Positions 18,811-27,242 of a stretch of DNA of 32,000 nucleotides are shown here, one piece after another; within the stretch, counting starts at the first letter, position 1, and every line of letters starts with the position of its first letter. The notes under the pieces are model-generated. The model was not told the origin of the DNA. It searched no databases and saw only the letters and a program-made list of their open reading frames with translations. A program made the translations under genes and the position numbers. The DNA is from Candidatus Saccharimonadota bacterium (GTDB lineage Bacteria; Bacteroidota; Bacteroidia; Flavobacteriales; Blattabacteriaceae). The stretch spans positions 538,038 to 570,037 of the forward strand of contig NZ_CP059216.1 in the NCBI RefSeq assembly GCF_014252315.1, in the 5' to 3' direction.

Positions 18811-18969
18811 AACAATCATTAATGTTAAAAACAAATAAATAAAAAGTAATATATATATTTATGTTTTTGATTTTCAAAAAAATCAATTCAAATAATCAAA
18901 CATTTTTATTATTTTATTAAGTAAAATAATAAAGATAAAAATAGTGCATTTAAATTACAAATAATTTAT

Positions 18970-19905
18970 ATGAAAAAATTTCCAAAAATTATTTTCATGG
19001 GATCTAATAAATTTTCTTTATCTACATTAAAAGAATTATATAATAAAAAGTATAATATTATTGGAATAATTACAATTCCAGATCATAAAAAAAATTTTTC
19101 TCCTGTAAAAAAATATGCTTTAGAAAAAAAAATTCCATTTTTACAACCAAAAAATCTTTCAGATAACAAATTTTTAGAGAAAATAAAAATATGGAATGCA
19201 GACATACAAATTGTTGTTTCATTTCGAATTTTACCAAAAGTAGTTTGGATTTATCCTAAATTAGGAACAATAAATTTGCATCCATCTTTATTACCTCAAT
19301 ATAAAGGAGCTGCTCCAATTAATTGGGTTATTATAAATGGAGAAAAAAAAACTGGAATAACTGTATTTTTTATAGAAGAAAAAATAGATTCTGGTAAAAT
19401 AATATTACAACAAGAAATAAATATAAAAGAAAATGAAACTGCAGGACAGTTACAAAATAGATTAGAATATATTAGTAAATATATAATTGTTAATAGTTTA
19501 AATAAAATATTGAATAATGATAATATTTATTGTAAAAAAAATATTTACTCATATCCATTAAAATATGCTCCTAAAATTTTTAAAAAAAATTGTAGAATTA
19601 AATGGAATAAATCAGTAAATTCTATATATAACAAAATAAGAGGGCTTAGTCCTATTCCTACTGCATGGACATTTCTATTTATTAATTCGAAACCTTTTAG
19701 ATTTAAGATTTTTCTTGCAAAAAAGAAAATAAAAAATCATATTTTTCCTATAGGGAAGGTTATTATAGATATTGATAATATTTTAATATCAGTTAAAGAA
19801 GGTTTTATTTATATTATAGAATGTCAAATAGAAGGGAAAAAAAAAATGAATGTAAAAAATTTTATCAATGGAATAAAAAAAAGAAAAAATATATTTGTTG
19901 AATGA
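18970..19905 (+). CDS. fmt: Methionyl-tRNA formyltransferase
   Basis: The N-terminal formyltransferase domain has IIFMGSNKFS and the HPSLLPQYKGAAPINW motif, followed by the C-terminal Fmt OB-like domain. The stop is TGA. Confidence 0.92.
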   Translation: MKKFPKIIFMGSNKFSLSTLKELYNKKYNIIGIITIPDHKKNFSPVKKYALEKKIPFLQPKNLSDNKFLEKIKIWNADIQIVVSFRILPKVVWIYPKLGTINLHPSLLPQYKGAAPINWVIINGEKKTGITVFFIEEKIDSGKIILQQEINIKENETAGQLQNRLEYISKYIIVNSLNKILNNDNIYCKKNIYSYPLKYAPKIFKKNCRIKWNKSVNSIYNKIRGLSPIPTAWTFLFINSKPFRFKIFLAKKKIKNHIFPIGKVIIDIDNILISVKEGFIYIIECQIEGKKKMNVKNFINGIKKRKNIFVE

Positions 19906-19968
19906 AAATAAATAAGTAGTATAAGTTATTTGTTATATTGTATATATATTTTTAAAAAAAAATAAAAC

Positions 19969-20235
19969 ATGAATAAAACAGAATTAGTTAATTCTATTGC
20001 AGAAAAAACAGGAATAACAAAAATAAAAGCAAAAAGTTTTACAGATGCATTTATTAAAACAGTAATTGAATGTTTAAAAAAAGGAGATAAGGTTACTCTT
20101 GTCGGATTTGGAACATTTACTGTAGTAAAAAGAAATCCAAGAAACGGTGTTAATCCTAGAACAGGAAAAAAAATATATATTCCGGGAAAAAAAGTAGCAA
20201 AATTTAAAATAGGAGCTGAATTAACAAAATTATAA
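19969..20235 (+). CDS. hup: Histone-like DNA-binding protein HU
   Basis: The 88-aa sequence is MNKTELVNSIAEKTGITK...VTLVGFGTFTVVKRNPRNGVNPRTGKKIYIPGKKVAKFKIGAEL. This is the canonical HU/IHF fold signature with the beta-arm RNPRTG. Confidence 0.93.
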   Translation: MNKTELVNSIAEKTGITKIKAKSFTDAFIKTVIECLKKGDKVTLVGFGTFTVVKRNPRNGVNPRTGKKIYIPGKKVAKFKIGAELTKL

Positions 20236-20255
20236 ATATTTTAATATAAAATAAT

Positions 20256-20286
20256 GAGATAAAATTTATTAATTAAATTTTATCTC
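20256..20286. terminator. Candidate bidirectional intrinsic terminator hairpin between convergent hup and pdxH
   Basis: A perfect 12-bp inverted repeat, gagataaaattt (20256..20267) and aaattttatctc (20275..20286), has a 7-nt loop and T-rich sequence on both flanks. The stem is AT-rich (3 G:C pairs), so its stability is modest. Confidence 0.4.
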
Positions 20287-20303
20287 CATTATTTTATTTA
20301 TGA

Positions 20304-20960
20304 TTATGGTGATAATATTTGTATAATCCATTCTTTGTTTTCTATTAGTTTATAGACTATTCTATCATGAAGTCTATTGGATGATCCTTGCCAAAATTCC
20401 ATTTTATATGGATCTACAATATATCCTCCCCAGTAGAATGGACGAGTTAATTTTTTTTTTGTAAAATATTTATCCCATTTTTTATATTTATTTATTAAAT
20501 ATTTCCTAGAAGGAATAATAGAACTTTGTTTTGAAGACCAACATCCTATTTTATTTTCTCTAGGTCTTTTATCAAAATATTCATCTGATTTTTTTTTATT
20601 TATTTTATAAGTTATTCCTTTTATAATAACTTGTCTTTCTGTTTTTTCCCAAAAAAATGAAAGACAAACCTTTGGAAATTTTTTAATTGATATTCCCTTA
20701 ATACTAAGGTAATTAGTATAAAATACAAATCCTTTATTTGAATATTCTTTTAGTAATACAATTCTTGTATCCGGACTTCCATCAATTCCTATTGTAGATA
20801 AAGACATAGCATTAATTTCTTGATTTAAATTTTCATTTTTATGAATCAATTTTTCTTTTTGAAACCAATTATGAAACAGTTGAAAAGGATTTTTTTGTAT
20901 GCTATATTCTGATAAATTTTTTTTGTAATTTTTTCTTAAACTACTTAAATCAATATTCAT
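20304..20960 (-). CDS. pdxH: Pyridoxamine 5'-phosphate oxidase
   Basis: The PNPOx fold is present, with RIVLLKEYSNKGFVFYTNYLSIKG and the C-terminal EFWQGSSNRLHDRIVY motif. Confidence 0.9.
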   Translation of the reverse strand: MNIDLSSLRKNYKKNLSEYSIQKNPFQLFHNWFQKEKLIHKNENLNQEINAMSLSTIGIDGSPDTRIVLLKEYSNKGFVFYTNYLSIKGISIKKFPKVCLSFFWEKTERQVIIKGITYKINKKKSDEYFDKRPRENKIGCWSSKQSSIIPSRKYLINKYKKWDKYFTKKKLTRPFYWGGYIVDPYKMEFWQGSSNRLHDRIVYKLIENKEWIIQILSP

Positions 20961-21026
20961 TATATAAACTATTAGAAATATATATTTAAATTTAGAAAAA
21001 TAAATAAAAATATATCATTATTTAAA

Positions 21027-21101
21027 AGCGTGGTAGCTCAGATTGGTTAGAGCGTTGGATTCATAACCCAGAGGTCGGGGGTTCAATTCCCCCTCACGCT
21101 A
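21027..21101 (+). tRNA. tRNA with anticodon CAU (elongator Met or lysidine-dependent Ile2), no encoded CCA
   Basis: I folded the cloverleaf by hand. The acceptor is AGCGTGG/TCACGCT (one G.U), the D arm is GCTC-AGATTGGTTA-GAGC, the anticodon arm is TTGGA-TTCATAA-CCCAG (CAT at 21062..21064), the variable loop is AGGTC, and the T arm is GGGGG-TTCAATT-CCCCC. The discriminator is A and is followed by tt, not CCA. This is the only GC-rich island in the neighbourhood. Confidence 0.9.
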
Positions 21102-21190
21102 TTTTATTTTTTTAATACAAATTTTAAATTTAAAGTTATATAAAAACAAATATTAAATTATATTAACTCATAACTCTTTATAATATAAAT

Positions 21191-23278
21191 ATGAAAATAT
21201 CATACAACTGGATAAAAGAATATTTATATCCTATAAATTTTAACGAATATGAAATATCTGAAATATTAACAAACATAGGAATAACAGTAAAATATACTGA
21301 AACTATTAATAATGATATAATTTTTAATATAGATTCAATACCTAATCGAAATGATACAACAAATCATTATAGTATAGCAAAAAATTTGTATTCAAAATTA
21401 AAATTTAATGGATATAATGATATAAAAATTAAAAAATTAAAAATATTAAAAAATAATAAATTTTTTTCAAACAATATTTCTGTTTTTTTTGAAGAAAAAG
21501 AAAAATGTATAAGATATTCTGGATTATCTTTTTCTAATCTAAAAATAGATTATTCTCCTAAATGGTTAATTCAAAAACTTGAATCAATAGGTATTAAATC
21601 TATTAATAATATTACAGATATAGTAAATTTTGTAATTTATGAATTAGGAATTCCTATACATTTATTTGATTCAGATCAAATAAATGGTAAAAAAATATTT
21701 ATAAAAAAGTTAAATGAAAAAATACAATTTAAATCTGAAGATAATATATTAAGATATATAGATAAAAATGATATAGTAATATCTGATGAAAAAAATGTTT
21801 TATCTATAGCTGGAATATTAAATCATATAAAAAATGGAATTGTACATAAAAAAACTAATAATATTTTTTTAGGAATTATATGTTTACCTCCTTCTTTAGT
21901 ATTTTTTTTAAAAAAAAAGTATTCAATTCATACAAAAAATCAATTTTTTTTAGAAAAAGGAATTGATCCTAATCAAATTACTTATGTATTATATAGAATA
22001 ATTTTTTTAATTAAAAATATTATATCTTCAGATAGTTATCATATAAAATTTTCTAATATTGTAGATTTTTATCCAAAAAAAATTAAACCTACTATAATAA
22101 AATTAAGATATAAAAGAGTATTAGAAATTATTGGAGAAAATATTTCAAATAACATAATAAAAAAATTATTATTATTACTTGATATATCTATAAAAGAAGA
22201 AAATAAAGAATACATAATTGTTTCTATTCCTACATGTAGAATAGATATAAAAAGAGAAATAGATTTAATAGAAGAGATTTTACGTATTTATGGAATAAAT
22301 AATATAAAAACAAATGATTATATTAAAACACCTTTAATTCAAAAAACATTTTATAAAGAAGAATTTGAAATACAAAAAATTATTTATGAACAATTAATTG
22401 GAAATGGATTTCAAGAAATAATTTCTTATGCAATAAGAAATTATTCAAAAAAAGAATTACTTATTAATTCTTTTTTTAATATAAAAGAATTAAATATTGT
22501 TAATTCTATTAATAATAAAAATCAAATAATGAGATCAAGTTTAATATTTAGTATGATAGATTGTATAAAATATAATTATAGTCATAATAAAGTTATTATA
22601 AATAATAAACTAATTAAATTATTTGAGTTAGGAAAGATATATTATAAAAAAAAATTACAATTATTTGAAAAAACAATACTTGGAATAATTATATCGCAAA
22701 AAATAAATAATGTAAAAATGAAAATAAATAATTTTTTTTATTTAAAAAACGTTATTTTACAAATTTTTCATAGAGTTGGTATTTTTGATTATACACAATC
22801 ATTTGTTAATAGACATCCTATATTAGATAATTGTTTATCTATTTCATATAATAAAAAAGAGTTGTTGTTAATTGGAATAGTAAATAATTTTTTTAATAAA
22901 AATTATAATATATTTTATTCTGAATTAAATTGGGAATATTTAATTTCTATTATTCAAAATAATTATATCACATATGATACAATATCAAAATATCCAATTT
23001 CTAGAAGAGACTTATCTTTTTTAATAGATAAAAATATTACTTTTGAAAGTATAAACAAATTTATTAACAGCAAAAAAAATAAATATTTTAAAATAGTACA
23101 TATATATGATATATATGAAGGACAAAATATTTCTAGTAAAAAAAAATCTTATACCGCTAGCTTTTTTTTTGAAAACAAAAAAAAAACATTAACAAATAAA
23201 ATTATTAATGATTCATTAAATGAAATAAAATTTCTATTAAAAAAAGAATTTAAAGCAGAAATAAGAGATAAAATTTAA
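21191..23278 (+). CDS. pheT: Phenylalanyl-tRNA synthetase beta subunit, short form (695 aa)
   Basis: The N-terminus is MKISYNWIKEY. The B3/B4 region has IPNRNDTTNHYSIAKNL and PKWLIQKLESIGIKSINNITDIVNFVIYELGIPIHLFD. The B5 region has CRIDIKREIDLIEEILRIYG. The C-terminal FDX-ACB domain has KYPISRRDLSFLIDK...IYDIYEG. Confidence 0.9.
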   Translation: MKISYNWIKEYLYPINFNEYEISEILTNIGITVKYTETINNDIIFNIDSIPNRNDTTNHYSIAKNLYSKLKFNGYNDIKIKKLKILKNNKFFSNNISVFFEEKEKCIRYSGLSFSNLKIDYSPKWLIQKLESIGIKSINNITDIVNFVIYELGIPIHLFDSDQINGKKIFIKKLNEKIQFKSEDNILRYIDKNDIVISDEKNVLSIAGILNHIKNGIVHKKTNNIFLGIICLPPSLVFFLKKKYSIHTKNQFFLEKGIDPNQITYVLYRIIFLIKNIISSDSYHIKFSNIVDFYPKKIKPTIIKLRYKRVLEIIGENISNNIIKKLLLLLDISIKEENKEYIIVSIPTCRIDIKREIDLIEEILRIYGINNIKTNDYIKTPLIQKTFYKEEFEIQKIIYEQLIGNGFQEIISYAIRNYSKKELLINSFFNIKELNIVNSINNKNQIMRSSLIFSMIDCIKYNYSHNKVIINNKLIKLFELGKIYYKKKLQLFEKTILGIIISQKINNVKMKINNFFYLKNVILQIFHRVGIFDYTQSFVNRHPILDNCLSISYNKKELLLIGIVNNFFNKNYNIFYSELNWEYLISIIQNNYITYDTISKYPISRRDLSFLIDKNITFESINKFINSKKNKYFKIVHIYDIYEGQNISSKKKSYTASFFFENKKKTLTNKIINDSLNEIKFLLKKEFKAEIRDKI

Positions 23279-24714
23279 TCTATATTGGAAGATATATTTT
23301 TCAATATATTTTTCATACTAGTTATTTCTTCTATTTTTTTAGATATTTTTTTTATATGAATTCGTTCTTGTTTCATACTATCTCTATAACGTACAGTTAC
23401 AGTATTTGTATTTATAGTTTCATAATCAACTGTAAAACATAATGGAGTACCTATAGCATCTTGTCTACGATATAATTTTCCTATTGAACTTTTAGAATCA
23501 TATTCAACTTTATATTCAATTTTTAAATCATTGAATATTTTTTTTGCTAACTTTGAAAGTTCATTTTTGTTTACTAATGGAAATATTGCAGCTTTTACTG
23601 GTGACAAATAAAAAGGTAATTTTAAAATTATACGATCATTTCCATTTTCTAATTTTTCTTTACTAAGAGTAGAAGATAATACAGATAAAAACATTCTATC
23701 TAATCCTAAAGAAGTTTCTATTACATATGGTCTATAATTATTTTTATTTTCAACTATTCTTAATTTTTTTTTGGAAAAAACTTCATGTTGTTTTAAATCA
23801 AAATCTCTTCTAGAATGAATCCCTTCTAATTCTTTAAATCCAAAAGGAAATTTAAATTGTATATCTACACCTAAATTAGCATAATGAGCAAGATTTTGAT
23901 GATTATATAATTTATATTTATCTTTTCCTAAGTTTAGTTCAAGATGCCATTTTAAACGCATTTTTTTCCAATAATTATACCATTTATTTTCTTCTTCTTT
24001 TTTAGGAGAAATAAAAAATTGCATTTCCATTTGTTCAAATTCTCTTAATCTGAATAAAAATTGTCTAGCAACAATTTCATTTCTAAATGATTTTCCTATT
24101 TGAGCAACTCCAAATGGAATATTTATTCTATTAGATTTTTTAATATTATTAAAATTACAATATATATTTTGAGCAGTTTCTGGACGAAGAAATAAATTTT
24201 CTATATACTTAATTTTAAACATCATATTAAAAAAGTGGATATTTGTCCAATTTTTACTACCATTATCTGGATCAGATATTTGTAATTGATTTATTAATTT
24301 TTTTATATCTAAAAAATCCTTTTTATTCAAAGAATAATATAATCTAGATAATATTTTATTTTTTTTTTCTAAATTTTTAGAAAAATTTTTTTTTACATAA
24401 TTTTCAATCAATATATCAGGACGATATCTTTTTTTAGAATCTTTATTATCTATTAATAATTCATTAAATTTTTTCAAATGACCAGAAGCTTTCCATACAT
24501 TAATATCCGTTAAAATAGATGAATCCATTCCTATTATATTTTCATGAACTTGAGTCATTGATTCCCACCAATATTTTTTAATATTATTTTTTAATTCAAC
24601 TCCATATTGTCCATAATCATATACAGCATTAATTCCTCCATAAATTTCATTAGATGGAAAAATAAATCCATATCTTTTGGAATAAGAAACTAAAAAATCA
24701 AAAAAATTTTTCAT
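23275..24714 (-). CDS. glyQS: Glycyl-tRNA synthetase (dimeric class II, GlyQS type)
   Basis: The N-terminus is YGFIFPSNEIYGGINAVYDYGQYGVELKNNIKKYWW. Class II motifs are present (FRNEIVARQFLFRLREFEQMEMQFF, GLDRMFLSVL), along with a C-terminal anticodon-binding domain. Confidence 0.93.
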   Translation of the reverse strand: MKNFFDFLVSYSKRYGFIFPSNEIYGGINAVYDYGQYGVELKNNIKKYWWESMTQVHENIIGMDSSILTDINVWKASGHLKKFNELLIDNKDSKKRYRPDILIENYVKKNFSKNLEKKNKILSRLYYSLNKKDFLDIKKLINQLQISDPDNGSKNWTNIHFFNMMFKIKYIENLFLRPETAQNIYCNFNNIKKSNRINIPFGVAQIGKSFRNEIVARQFLFRLREFEQMEMQFFISPKKEEENKWYNYWKKMRLKWHLELNLGKDKYKLYNHQNLAHYANLGVDIQFKFPFGFKELEGIHSRRDFDLKQHEVFSKKKLRIVENKNNYRPYVIETSLGLDRMFLSVLSSTLSKEKLENGNDRIILKLPFYLSPVKAAIFPLVNKNELSKLAKKIFNDLKIEYKVEYDSKSSIGKLYRRQDAIGTPLCFTVDYETINTNTVTVRYRDSMKQERIHIKKISKKIEEITSMKNILKNISSNID

Positions 24715-24721
24715 AAATATA

Positions 24722-25699
24722 TTATTTTCTTTTTAAAAGATTTAAATATTTATATAAATCCATAGCAGCCATACATCCACTTCCAGCAGAAGTAATTGCC
24801 TGTTTATAATTGGAATCCTGAACATCTCCTGCAGCAAATACACCATGGTTACTAGTTAAAGTAGATTTATTTTTTGTTAAAATAAATCCATTATTGTCTA
24901 AATCTATTTTATTTATAAATATTTTTGTATTTGGAAAATTTCCTATTGCAATAAATAATCCACTAATTAATTTAGTATAATATTTATTTTCTTTATTATT
25001 AAAAATTTCTATTCCTTTTAAAATATTATCTCCTATAATTTTTTTTATAGTAGACCTAAATAATAAATATATATTACGTTTTTTCATTATCTGATTTTGT
25101 AGTATTTCAGATCCTTTTAAATAATCTTTTCTCACTATCAAATAAACTTTATTACAAATATCAGATAGATAATTAGCTTCTTCCAAAGCTGTATCACCTC
25201 CACCTATTACTGCTACATCTTTTTTTTTATGGAAAAACCCATCACAAGTAGCACAAAAAGAAATTCCCATTCCTAATAATTCTTTTTCTTTTTCAATTCC
25301 AATTATCTTAGGACAAGATCCTGTAGCAATAATAATTCCTTTACTTAAAATTTTGTTATTATGTCCATAAAAAATTTCATGTAATCCACCTAATTTATTA
25401 CATAATATAACATCAGTAACGGATTCATTTAATATTTTTACATTAAAACGTTCTGCTTGTTTTCTACAAGAATCCATAAATTCATTTCCATCAATTCCAT
25501 TAGGAAATCCTAAATAATTATCAATATAATTTGTAGTTGTTAATTGCCCCCCTGGTAAATTACCTAAAAAAATAATTGGATCTAATCCATATCTAGCAGC
25601 ATAAATAGATGCAGAATATCCAGCTGGACCAGATCCAATTATTATGCAATTATATATTTTATCTTTATTATTTAAATAATATTTTTTATTAAATTTCAT
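24722..25699 (-). CDS. trxB: Thioredoxin reductase
   Basis: The FAD motif IIIGSGPAGYSASIYAAR, the redox-active CATCDG, the NADPH motif VIGGGDTALEEANYL and the C-terminal GVFAAGDV are all present. Confidence 0.93.
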   Translation of the reverse strand: MKFNKKYYLNNKDKIYNCIIIGSGPAGYSASIYAARYGLDPIIFLGNLPGGQLTTTNYIDNYLGFPNGIDGNEFMDSCRKQAERFNVKILNESVTDVILCNKLGGLHEIFYGHNNKILSKGIIIATGSCPKIIGIEKEKELLGMGISFCATCDGFFHKKKDVAVIGGGDTALEEANYLSDICNKVYLIVRKDYLKGSEILQNQIMKKRNIYLLFRSTIKKIIGDNILKGIEIFNNKENKYYTKLISGLFIAIGNFPNTKIFINKIDLDNNGFILTKNKSTLTSNHGVFAAGDVQDSNYKQAITSAGSGCMAAMDLYKYLNLLKRK

Positions 25700-25719
25700 A
25701 TTACTTTATACTATAAATT

Positions 25720-26175
25720 TTGTTTAATAATATTAATAATACTATAAACTTCTTTATTAAAAATCATTTAATACTAAAAAAAATAAATAAAAAAGTATAT
25801 ATATATTGTACAATTAGAAAAAAATTTTTTCTATTTAAAAAAGAAGAAGTTGTACGACAATACATAATTTTTTTACTAAAAAAAGTAAAAAAATATAAAG
25901 AAAAAAATATTGTGGTAGAATTTTCTATATATATCAACAAATATTTATGTAAAAAAAGAATAGATATTTTAGTTAAATCAAATAATAATCCATATATATT
26001 AATTGAGTGTAAATCACTATATACTACTATAAACAAAAAAACTTTTGATCAAATTTTGATTTATAATAAATATATAAAATCTCCATTTTTAATGATAAGT
26101 AATGGATTAAAAAGTTATATTTTAAAAACAAATAAACAACAAAAAATAATTAGTTCACTAAATTTTATACCATAA
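25720..26175 (+). CDS. HsdR_N-like small protein (151 aa) with a PD-(D/E)xK nuclease-fold motif, function unknown
   Basis: KKRIDILVKSNNNPYILIECKS gives a D...E-x-K arrangement. As I recall them, the overall length and order (EEVVRQYIIFLL...RIDILV...ILIECK...FDQILIYNKY...LMISNG) match the free-standing 'type I restriction enzyme HsdR N-terminal domain' proteins conserved in Bacteroidetes. The start is TTG at 25720, preceded by an in-frame TAA at 25714, and there is no ATG in the first ~120 codons. Confidence 0.6.
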   Translation: MFNNINNTINFFIKNHLILKKINKKVYIYCTIRKKFFLFKKEEVVRQYIIFLLKKVKKYKEKNIVVEFSIYINKYLCKKRIDILVKSNNNPYILIECKSLYTTINKKTFDQILIYNKYIKSPFLMISNGLKSYILKTNKQQKIISSLNFIP

Positions 26176-26182
26176 AAAATAA

Positions 26183-27199
26183 TTATTTTATTGAATTCAT
26201 ATAAACTATAAGATCTATTAATTTATTAGAATAACCAAATTCATTATCATACCATGATATAATTTTTATAAAATTATTATCTAACATAATACTAGAACTA
26301 GCATCAAAAATAGATATTCTTTCATCTCCTATAAAATCAGTCGAAACAACAGATTCTTCTGTATATCCTAATATACCTTTTAAATCAGAATTTGATGCGT
26401 TTTTCATAGAATTTTTAATATCTTCATAATTTGCAGAATTTTTTAAACATACAGTAAAATCTAATACAGATACATCTAAAACAGGAACTCTAAAAGCCAT
26501 TCCAGTTAATTTTCCATCTAAACTAGGAATTATTTTTCCTACCGAATTAGCCGCTCCAGTTGATGAAGGAATAATATTTACCAATGAAGATCGTCCAGAT
26601 CTCCAATCTCTTAATGAAGATGAATCTACTACTTTTTGAGTAGATGTACTAGCATGAATAGTAGTCATTAATCCTTTTGATATACCAAAATTATCATTTA
26701 AAACTTTTACAATTGGAGATAAACAATTTGTTGTGCAAGAAGCGTTAGATACAATATCATCACTATTTTTTATATTTTTATGATTTACTCCCATTACAAA
26801 CATTGGAATGTCATTGCTTTTAGGTGGTGCTGATAATATAATTTTTTTACCTCCTGCATTTAAATGTTTTTCAGATAGTTTTTTTGTTAAAAAAAATCCC
26901 GTAGATTCTACTATATATTCTACATTCAAATCTTTCCAAGGTAAATTTTCAGGATTTTTTTCATTAGTAACTATAATTTTTTTACCATTTATAATTAAAT
27001 TATTATCCTCAATAAATACATCATTTTTATTTATATTATTGTAATGAACAGAATCATGTTTTATTATATAAGTTAGATATTCTATAGATATTAGATCGTT
27101 TATACATACAACTTCTATATTTTTCTTTTTAATAGCAGATAGTAAAACCATTTTTCCTATTCTACCTATTCCATTAATTCCCATTCTTATAATAGACAT
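26183..27199 (-). CDS. gapA: Glyceraldehyde-3-phosphate dehydrogenase
   Basis: The motifs are GINGIGRIGKMV (NAD binding), the active site SNASCTTNCLSP, and the C-terminal WYDNEFGYS. Confidence 0.95.
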   Translation of the reverse strand: MSIIRMGINGIGRIGKMVLLSAIKKKNIEVVCINDLISIEYLTYIIKHDSVHYNNINKNDVFIEDNNLIINGKKIIVTNEKNPENLPWKDLNVEYIVESTGFFLTKKLSEKHLNAGGKKIILSAPPKSNDIPMFVMGVNHKNIKNSDDIVSNASCTTNCLSPIVKVLNDNFGISKGLMTTIHASTSTQKVVDSSSLRDWRSGRSSLVNIIPSSTGAANSVGKIIPSLDGKLTGMAFRVPVLDVSVLDFTVCLKNSANYEDIKNSMKNASNSDLKGILGYTEESVVSTDFIGDERISIFDASSSIMLDNNFIKIISWYDNEFGYSNKLIDLIVYMNSIK

Positions 27200-27242
27200 A
27201 TTTTTATATATATTTTAAAATTTTTATAATTAAATTAATTTT

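Noticed and set aside
18850-18885. A short AT-only inverted repeat (ttgatttt / aaaatcaa) in the DUF2795/fmt divergent spacer.
   Set aside because: It is an 8-bp all-A/T stem. This is expected by chance in this composition and is too weak to call an operator or terminator.
25764-26036. A 90-aa minus-strand ORF opposite the HsdR_N-like gene.
   Set aside because: The plus-strand frame carries the recognisable D...ExK core and a family-like order of motifs. The minus-strand product is featureless F/I/L/Y-rich sequence.
26808-27044. A 78-aa plus-strand ORF inside gapA. Similar antisense ORFs occur at 29747..29965 inside sucD and at 31378..31656 inside lpxC/fabZ.
   Set aside because: All three are antisense shadows of strongly supported housekeeping genes, with no motifs of their own.
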